In this document: positions 34,417-39,605 of the stretch, piece after piece
Position numbering within the stretch: position 1 is the first letter of the stretch
Layout of the letters: every line of letters begins with the position of its first letter
IMG/VR virus record: IMGVR_UViG_3300025121_000009
Length of the DNA stretch: 39,605 nucleotides
Reading direction: 5' to 3' (one strand)
Source: a virus
Position numbers and translations under genes: made by a program
The notes under the pieces: generated by a model
Databases searched by the model: none
The model's input: only the letters and a program-made list of their open reading frames with translations
What the model was told of the DNA's origin: nothing

Positions 34417-34484
34417 ATTATACAATAGAAGCCTTCGCTATTGACGGGTACTACCCTATATGGCTTCTATAACATATTATACCA
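34417..34484 (-). promoter_or_regulatory. Promoter, hairpin, promoter unit upstream of the packaging genes
   Basis: TGGTATAAT (34476-34484), then a 9-bp hairpin ATAGAAGCC/GGCTTCTAT (34425-34470), then TTGTATAAT (34417-34425). Confidence 0.45.
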
Positions 34485-34739
34485 CTATTTTAACCTGTCT
34501 AATTCTTTTATTATTTTTGTTCTCTTTTTCTTTAATACCTCTAGCTTATCCTCAGTTGTTTGTGATCTGTTTCTTTTAGCTTGTAGACTATTGATTATAT
34601 TATGTCTTTCAAGGTTAATTTGGGCCAGTTGTTTTTTAAGCCTATCTCTTTTACCAAATATTCTATCCCAGTTTTCTTCATAGTTTTTAACATCTTGCTT
34701 GGTTCTGGTTGTCGTTGGTTTACTTATATCACTACTCAT
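34485..34739 (-). CDS. Basic coiled-coil protein (84 aa from the ATG; the track start at 34754 is TTG)
   Basis: ATGA overlap with the upstream stop at 34736-34739. Confidence 0.45.
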   Translation of the reverse strand: MSSDISKPTTTRTKQDVKNYEENWDRIFGKRDRLKKQLAQINLERHNIINSLQAKRNRSQTTEDKLEVLKKKRTKIIKELDRLK

Positions 34740-35539
34740 AGTTGTGTAGCCCAAATGGCAATATCAATTAAATCTAAACTAGGTCTCTGTATATGCTCGT
34801 CCATGTCAATTTTCTTTTGCCTTGGTAGTTTATCTCCTATTTTTAAGTATGTGTTGTTCATTGGCATTCTGTTTGGCTCTCCACTTGCCTTAAAAGCCTC
34901 GTGCTCGTCTACTACATACACTGGTATTCCCATAAGCCTCGCAAAACTCTCAAAGGTAGACGGATTAGGAGTAAACACCATGTCGTAACTAGGCAACTTC
35001 TCTTTAATGTCTGCTAAAATAGTATCACTCTCTACATTGTTAAACCACTTACCCTTGTCTGTTGTAATATCTCCTGACTTGTCAATAAGTTTTACAGTCC
35101 AGTCTAGCTCTGGGTATGCCTTAACTAACTGGTCAAAGAGTACCTGATTATAAATAGACATATCTTTCACCCAGTGCAATGCTACAAACAACGCCTTGTT
35201 GCCTGTGTGCTTTGTCTTTTTAATGTCGTCATAAATTGGATTACCTGTTATTAGTATTTTACTCATTGGCACACCCTTTCTTACTAAAGACATAAAACTT
35301 CCCTGCCCTAATGCTAAATACCCATCAGCCATAGGCTCCCTGTTGTTTAATTCATAATCATACAAAGCACCAAAGCCATGTTCAAACACAACTACTTTCT
35401 TTCCTAGCCCTTTAAGTGTCCTCACATGTTGAGCAAACGGAAAGTCTGCCCACATAAACACCACCTCTGCATCTACTAACTCACTATTACTTGGCTCCCA
35501 TTGCCAAAAATTATGATGGTTGTATACAAGATATTTCAT
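34736..35539 (-). CDS. Hypothetical protein in the sugar cluster (possible glycosyltransferase)
   Basis: 267 aa from the ATG at 35539, which forms an ATGA overlap with the upstream stop. The alternating beta/alpha pattern is Rossmann-like. Assigned from context only. Confidence 0.3.
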   Translation of the reverse strand: MKYLVYNHHNFWQWEPSNSELVDAEVVFMWADFPFAQHVRTLKGLGKKVVVFEHGFGALYDYELNNREPMADGYLALGQGSFMSLVRKGVPMSKILITGNPIYDDIKKTKHTGNKALFVALHWVKDMSIYNQVLFDQLVKAYPELDWTVKLIDKSGDITTDKGKWFNNVESDTILADIKEKLPSYDMVFTPNPSTFESFARLMGIPVYVVDEHEAFKASGEPNRMPMNNTYLKIGDKLPRQKKIDMDEHIQRPSLDLIDIAIWATQL

Positions 35540-36147
35540 ATTAGTTTCCATTTCTCTGGAATTAAATTAGCTATTGATCGCCTATGCTCTAGGTCTCCCT
35601 CGTTGTAAACTGCACCTATTTTCTTATTCCTTTCCTTAACCAAATCAACATCAATGTCTCTTAGATGTAGCATAATTAAATCTGCATCAAGCAGGGTAGT
35701 ACCCTTTACACGATGATTACTTAAATACACTTGAGGCTTTGTTATTATCACACACTTGTCGTACATTTCGTCTCTACTCCAATGAGTCCTTTGCGATAGT
35801 ATAGGTTTACTTAAATCTATTGGTTTATCCCCTACCATTTGTAGTACATTATAACCAACACACCTTACTGCACTCTCCTTAACCCTATCCAAATACTCTC
35901 CTAAATCCTTATACTTCTCTGGATTGGCTACCACTATCTCGTCTATATCAGCAAACAAGATTAAGTCGTACTCCTTAAACAACTCTTCTTGGAGAGAATT
36001 AAGCAAAGAATAAGTGGCACCCCAGTCTCTTCTTAAAATATCCCCTATCTTAACTATTTTAATGTCTAAATACTTTGAGTAATAGTCCTTCCAAATACTG
36101 GTCATGTCTGAGTGGTCGTGTTCAAATGTTACTGCTATTCTTTTCAT
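35536..36147 (-). CDS. Putative GT-A-like glycosyltransferase
   Basis: The DxD-like motif LFADIDEIVV follows a short N-terminal beta-alpha region. ATGA overlap with the methyltransferase gene. Confidence 0.4.
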   Translation of the reverse strand: MKRIAVTFEHDHSDMTSIWKDYYSKYLDIKIVKIGDILRRDWGATYSLLNSLQEELFKEYDLILFADIDEIVVANPEKYKDLGEYLDRVKESAVRCVGYNVLQMVGDKPIDLSKPILSQRTHWSRDEMYDKCVIITKPQVYLSNHRVKGTTLLDADLIMLHLRDIDVDLVKERNKKIGAVYNEGDLEHRRSIANLIPEKWKLI

Positions 36148-36716
36148 TTTTGAATAATACCTAGTCCGTTTGAGTTAAGTCGCTCACTAAATGTCCATTC
36201 CGGATGTTGCTCTTGTAACTCTTTGAAATACTGCTTAACACCAAACCCTCTCTCTGTTACCTGAGTATCATGAAGTATAATACGCCCACCCTTTGGTACG
36301 AACTTACTCCAGTTCTCAAAGTCTTCTTTAATGTCCTCATAAAAATGTCTTCCATCAATATGAAGTAAGTCTATAGGTTTATTCCAACCTTTAAGTGCCT
36401 CGTTAAATGTCTTTTTGATTACTTTTACATTAGGGTACTGGTTGAGAGTTTCCATTGCTATGTCTTCTATCTCATTACCAAACTTCCCACTGTGTTCGTC
36501 TCCTATAAAGTGATCCACACCATACAGCTTTGTTGACGACCCGTTATCTAAACAACTCTCTGCCATTGTAGCAAGCGAGTGTCCTAAATATACCCCAAGT
36601 TCAACGATTACCTTTGGCTTCCAAACGGGTATCTGGTTGTAAATGTAAAGTATATGCCCTTCCCATGCAGACTTATATTTTCCTAAGTGTTCGTACCATT
36701 TAAACTCTTCAAACAT
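36144..36716 (-). CDS. CmcI/TylF-like class I SAM-dependent (sugar O-)methyltransferase
   Basis: Motifs VELGVYLGHSLATMAE, LLHIDGRH and GGRIILHD. The ATG at 36716 is preceded by TTAAGCGAGGATAGTG. Confidence 0.6.
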   Translation of the reverse strand: MFEEFKWYEHLGKYKSAWEGHILYIYNQIPVWKPKVIVELGVYLGHSLATMAESCLDNGSSTKLYGVDHFIGDEHSGKFGNEIEDIAMETLNQYPNVKVIKKTFNEALKGWNKPIDLLHIDGRHFYEDIKEDFENWSKFVPKGGRIILHDTQVTERGFGVKQYFKELQEQHPEWTFSERLNSNGLGIIQK

Positions 36717-36745
36717 CACTATCCTCGCTTAATTTATCTATATAC

Positions 36746-36754
36746 ATTATACCA
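36746..36754 (-). promoter_or_regulatory. Extended -10 promoter TGGTATAAT
   Basis: The minus strand reads AATGGTATAATGTATATAG. Confidence 0.5.
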
Positions 36755-36756
36755 TT

Positions 36757-37113
36757 TCACATGACAGGGAACACATAATCAGCCCTTAAATCGTCTAGTG
36801 CTTCCTTGAGTTCCTTGTACCACTCGTGGTTAATTTCACCCTTGTTTAGGATACGCTCTGAAACTACAATACACTCTGATAGTTCACAAATGGGTAATTT
36901 TTCCCCTAACCAATAACTGTTGATTAACTCTGGCCAGTTGATTTTCCTACATCTGTAGATACAAGCCCTGTGTGGGTCAAATGTTAAATCGTCTGGGTAA
37001 ATATCGTGCCACATCAAGTACGCTATTAGCCCTATACTAGATGTAACAAAGTCGGCTTCTCCTTTATTCATGGCAGTAATAAAGTAAATTATATTCAATA
37101 TACCCCCACTCAA
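36757..37113 (-). CDS. Hypothetical protein (start uncertain: TTG at 37113 or ATG at 37068)
   Basis: ORF between the rmlB-like gene and the methyltransferase gene. No motif. Confidence 0.4.
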   Translation of the reverse strand: MSGGILNIIYFITAMNKGEADFVTSSIGLIAYLMWHDIYPDDLTFDPHRACIYRCRKINWPELINSYWLGEKLPICELSECIVVSERILNKGEINHEWYKELKEALDDLRADYVFPVM

Positions 37114-37122
37114 GTTACGATG

Positions 37123-38124
37123 TCAATTACCTAACCAGTGTGGATGGTTCATTGTCCATTTAACGGTCTTTTCTAAACTCTCCTCAAACCTAAACGGTGC
37201 TTCCCAACCCAAATCCTTTAGCTTTTTACCACTCATCGCATACCTACGGTCGTGTCCTGGGCGATTCAAATGGAAATCTTGATATACAAAATCTCTACCC
37301 TCTTTAACATCTTCAACACCCATTGCCTTGGCTATTAACTTAAACATTTGTAAATTGTCCATTTCAATATCCCCCACAATATGCACCTTATCATTTACTA
37401 TACTATGCTGTAATAAAAACAAAGTAGCGTCTGCTGCGTTTCTGGCATGTAACCAATGCCTCTTACCTACATTACCCGGTGTTCCATGTATTGTCATTGG
37501 TTGGTTGTTATAAAGAAACTGCATTGACTTTGGTATGAGCTTCTCAGGGTCTTGTCTTTCTCCAAATATATTCATGGTGTTGGTTATTAGGTACGGTAAT
37601 CCATAAGTAACACCATACGCCTGTACTATCATTTCCCCTGCTGCTTTTCCTGCACTATATGGATTACTTGGATGTAGCTTATCTTCCTCTGTAAAATCAT
37701 AATTCTCTGGTGCTGGTCCGTAAACTTCATCCGTTGAAAAGTACAAAAACTTCTTTAAATTAGGTTGCATGGTTCTTGCATACTCAAGCATTTGAACTGT
37801 ACTCTGGGCGTTATTACAAAACACTTCAACTGGTTCTTTAATACTTGTGTCCACATGACTACATGCTGCTAAGTGTGCTATGTAATCAACCTCTCCTATG
37901 TGTTTATGAACTGTTGCCAAACTATCGTTTAGATCGTGTCTAACTATTACAGTTCTCTCTCTCCACTCTGGGTGGTCAAGTAAGGTCTCCTCTATCCTAT
38001 TTAAGTCTCCTGCCCTATTCATTTTAACCAAACCAATAGCTGTCCAGTCTGTTGTCTTCATAACATGCTCCCACAAATGAGACCCTACAAACCCTGACAT
38101 ACCCGAAATTAGTAATTTAACCAT
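37123..38124 (-). CDS. rmlB: dTDP-glucose 4,6-dehydratase-like SDR (RmlB/RfbB type)
   Basis: GMSGFVGSHL (GxxGxxG), STDEVYG and YSAGKAAGE (YxxxK). Confidence 0.8.
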   Translation of the reverse strand: MVKLLISGMSGFVGSHLWEHVMKTTDWTAIGLVKMNRAGDLNRIEETLLDHPEWRERTVIVRHDLNDSLATVHKHIGEVDYIAHLAACSHVDTSIKEPVEVFCNNAQSTVQMLEYARTMQPNLKKFLYFSTDEVYGPAPENYDFTEEDKLHPSNPYSAGKAAGEMIVQAYGVTYGLPYLITNTMNIFGERQDPEKLIPKSMQFLYNNQPMTIHGTPGNVGKRHWLHARNAADATLFLLQHSIVNDKVHIVGDIEMDNLQMFKLIAKAMGVEDVKEGRDFVYQDFHLNRPGHDRRYAMSGKKLKDLGWEAPFRFEESLEKTVKWTMNHPHWLGN

Positions 38125-38479
38125 TATAATCTTGTAATAATTTAAGTTGCTCTTGCATATCCTCTAAGCTCCATTTTTTAATTTCATTTCTAACCGACAT
38201 AATATAAGCTAGGTCTTCCCACCTGTTCTCTTCTAAAAAGAAATGAAACCACTCTGGCGACTGGTGTGCCGATTCTTTTCTGAAAACATGACACCCACTA
38301 CATAAACAAACACCATTTCTTAAATCCCACCTCAGCCTAAAGTTTCTCCTGCCCTCAATATGATGTGGATTTAAATGTTCGATGCTTCCGCACACTTCAC
38401 ACTTCCCTTTTGAAAGTATTGCCCTACTCCACGCCTTGTCTAGTTTATCTCCTAGTGTTGTTTTTGTAATCTTCCGCAC
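38117..38479 (-). CDS. NinG/Rap-like or HNH-type nuclease
   Basis: Motif CEVCGS..HLNPHHIEGRR..RNGVCLCSGCH. I prefer the GTG at 38479 because AAGGGGGAG lies 5 nt upstream. The track start is 38500. Confidence 0.55.
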   Translation of the reverse strand: MRKITKTTLGDKLDKAWSRAILSKGKCEVCGSIEHLNPHHIEGRRNFRLRWDLRNGVCLCSGCHVFRKESAHQSPEWFHFFLEENRWEDLAYIMSVRNEIKKWSLEDMQEQLKLLQDYNG

Positions 38480-38645
38480 TCTTTCTCCCCCTTTTAGCAT
38501 AAGTTAAAACTTGCTTTTCTTGGCACTCGTCTAAGTACATCACACCTTTAATTATTCTAGGCTTAATTCCTCTTGCTCGTATTCTTTTGTAAATTATTAC
38601 AGGATACGACTTATTATCTTTTGCTATCTGATAGACTGTCTTCAT
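38445..38645 (-). CDS. Excisionase/HTH_17-like DNA-binding protein (66 aa from the internal ATG)
   Basis: MKTVYQIAKDNKSYPVIIYKRIRARGIKPRIIKGVMYLDE. ATGA overlap with the upstream stop at 38642. Confidence 0.4.
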   Translation of the reverse strand: MKTVYQIAKDNKSYPVIIYKRIRARGIKPRIIKGVMYLDECQEKQVLTYAKRGRKSAEDYKNNTRR

Positions 38646-38767
38646 TGTGCTAAACTCCAAATGTAAAGTAATACTAAAAAACCCCAATAAACCACTACAC
38701 ACCCAAAGAACCCTAAGACAATTAAAAGTAGTGTTAATTTCAAACCATCTTTTATATCTTCTTTCAT
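38642..38767 (-). CDS. Small TM protein (41 aa)
   Basis: Encodes MKEDIKDGLKLTLLLIVLGFFGCVVVYWGFLVLLYIWSLAQ. The upstream part of the 62-aa track ORF is better explained by the ORF at 38779..38937 in another frame. Confidence 0.4.
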   Translation of the reverse strand: MKEDIKDGLKLTLLLIVLGFFGCVVVYWGFLVLLYIWSLAQ

Positions 38768-38778
38768 ATTATACAATA

Positions 38779-38937
38779 TCAAAAAATTAAAATAAGTAAA
38801 ACTATAATAACCAACACCCACACTAACCATCCAGCATCCTCTTCAACTAACATTCCTATAAAAGCCCCTACAATTTGAATAATTAGGGGTAGTACAAATA
38901 CTACAAAGGCTACTGCTAAAACTATTGTCCAAAACAT
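38779..38937 (-). CDS. Small two-TM protein (52 aa, below the track cutoff)
   Basis: Encodes MFWTIVLAVAFVVFVLPLIIQIVGAFIGMLVEEDAGWLVWVLVIIVLLILIF. TAATG overlap with the upstream stop. Confidence 0.45.
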   Translation of the reverse strand: MFWTIVLAVAFVVFVLPLIIQIVGAFIGMLVEEDAGWLVWVLVIIVLLILIF

Positions 38938-39200
38938 TAGTTCATCCTCCTTTCTGTGTTAAAGGTTTCGTGAACCTTTCTTAAACTTCTTACAATTTCC
39001 TGTGTTGATCCAGTTATCATCTTCCAAGTATTAGCCTCGTTCTCTGCTTCTGCTCGTACCAAATTAGCACTACTCATAAGGGCTGTTAGCTCCATGTCTA
39101 GCTTATCAATCATAAACACATCAGGGTTTTCGGATAAGATTACCTCTTTAGCTTGTCCTATCTTTTCAAATATCTGCTCTTTAAGTTCGTCTTTTTTCAT
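38937..39200 (-). CDS. Hypothetical coiled-coil protein (87 aa from the ATG; the track start at 39212 is GTG)
   Basis: GGAGAGTAAA precedes the ATG at 39200. ATGA overlap with the upstream stop. Confidence 0.5.
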   Translation of the reverse strand: MKKDELKEQIFEKIGQAKEVILSENPDVFMIDKLDMELTALMSSANLVRAEAENEANTWKMITGSTQEIVRSLRKVHETFNTERRMN

Positions 39201-39484
39201 TTTACTCTCCACATATAATTTAATTGTCCATAATCGCCCTCTTTTTTAGAGGTAGTCTTCACAAGCAAACCCATTTTCGTAAGGTTTGTAATAGCTCTCC
39301 TAACACTTGTAATTGGATATACCTTCCCTTGGAGCATTAAGAACTGTTGAATATCAAAAGGTGTGTACTCTCCCTTACCATCCTTGAATATGGAAAGTAT
39401 TAAATCCTCTTGTGTTTTAGCTTTTTGATTAGAACTAAACAAATCTAACCCTTTAAGTCTGTTTGTGTTGTAATAACTATTCAT
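39197..39484 (-). CDS. Winged-helix DNA-binding protein candidate
   Basis: PITSVRRAITNLTKMGLLVKT followed by a ...W wing-like end. Motif level only. Confidence 0.4.
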   Translation of the reverse strand: MNSYYNTNRLKGLDLFSSNQKAKTQEDLILSIFKDGKGEYTPFDIQQFLMLQGKVYPITSVRRAITNLTKMGLLVKTTSKKEGDYGQLNYMWRVK

Positions 39485-39605
39485 TCTTCCTCTTTTAATA
39501 GTTTATATAAGTCTATTTTATAAACCTCTAAAAGAACCTTTGATAGTTCTATTCTTCCCTTAATACTGTCCTTTGTTTCCTCTCTATCTTCCAAGTGTTT
39601 TAGGA
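39481..39605 (-). CDS. C-terminal fragment of the junction-spanning modular gene (continues from 713..1)
   Basis: Reads ...SKVLLEVYKIDLYKLLKEEE then TGA, in frame with the 1..713 ORF once the 67-nt overlap is collapsed. The TGA overlaps the ATG of the next gene. Confidence 0.6.
   Translation of the reverse strand, partial: LKHLEDREETKDSIKGRIELSKVLLEVYKIDLYKLLKEEE
39539..39605. repeat. Terminal overlap: 67 nt identical to positions 1-67
   Basis: Direct comparison. Consistent with a circular assembly or terminal redundancy. Confidence 0.9.

Noticed and set aside
37114-37122. TTGACA overlapping the rmlB stop, with TATATT 18 nt downstream, as an internal promoter for gene 36757..37113.
   Set aside because: The spacing is off-optimal and the element is not shared with the other two promoter classes. 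I mention it only as a possibility under that gene's uncertain start.

Overview
The window looks like one complete, circularly permuted dsDNA phage genome of about 39.5 kb. The first 67 nt are identical to the last 67 nt, and one gene reads in frame across that junction. I accept about 65 coding genes, all on the minus strand. They are tightly packed and often joined by ATGA or TAATG stop/start overlaps. I treat every plus-strand ORF in the track as an antisense shadow.

Modules, in order of transcription (high to low coordinates):
- Small DNA-binding and membrane proteins (39484-38445).
- A NinG/HNH-like nuclease plus a sugar-nucleotide and glycosylation cluster (38500-34736): an RmlB-type dTDP-glucose 4,6-dehydratase, a CmcI-type methyltransferase and putative glycosyltransferases.
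- Packaging and head genes (34399-26307): candidate small terminase, TerL, portal, scaffold, major capsid protein, an embedded glycosyltransferase and a connector candidate.
- A 1145-aa fibre with two Thr-rich collagen-like tracts flanking a beta-helix, then a second fibre-like protein.
- A second embedded methyltransferase and GT4 glycosyltransferase pair.
- Tail and internal virion proteins, including a LysM protein.
- A lysis cassette with an M23 peptidase and several small transmembrane proteins.
- A metallophosphoesterase, an HNH endonuclease, a replisome-organizer-like protein and a Rad52-like annealing protein.
- An RNA island: a tRNA-like element, a canonical tRNA(CAU) with a C1xA72 mismatch, two long-stem structured RNA domains and RtcB RNA ligase.
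- A tandem family of mosaic paralogs.

I could not recognise a DNA polymerase, primase, helicase, RNA polymerase, integrase, tail tube, sheath or tape-measure gene, so the phage is probably short-tailed and dependent on host replication.

The two leads I rate highest:
1. A distributed sugar-modification system interleaved with virion genes, which may glycosylate the collagen-like fibre.
2. The RtcB, initiator-like tRNA and structured-RNA island. It coincides with unusual expression signals: TGnTATAAT promoters, leaderless starts, and GAGG boxes exactly 25 nt upstream of start codons.

All functional calls rest on motifs read by eye and on gene order. No database search was run.
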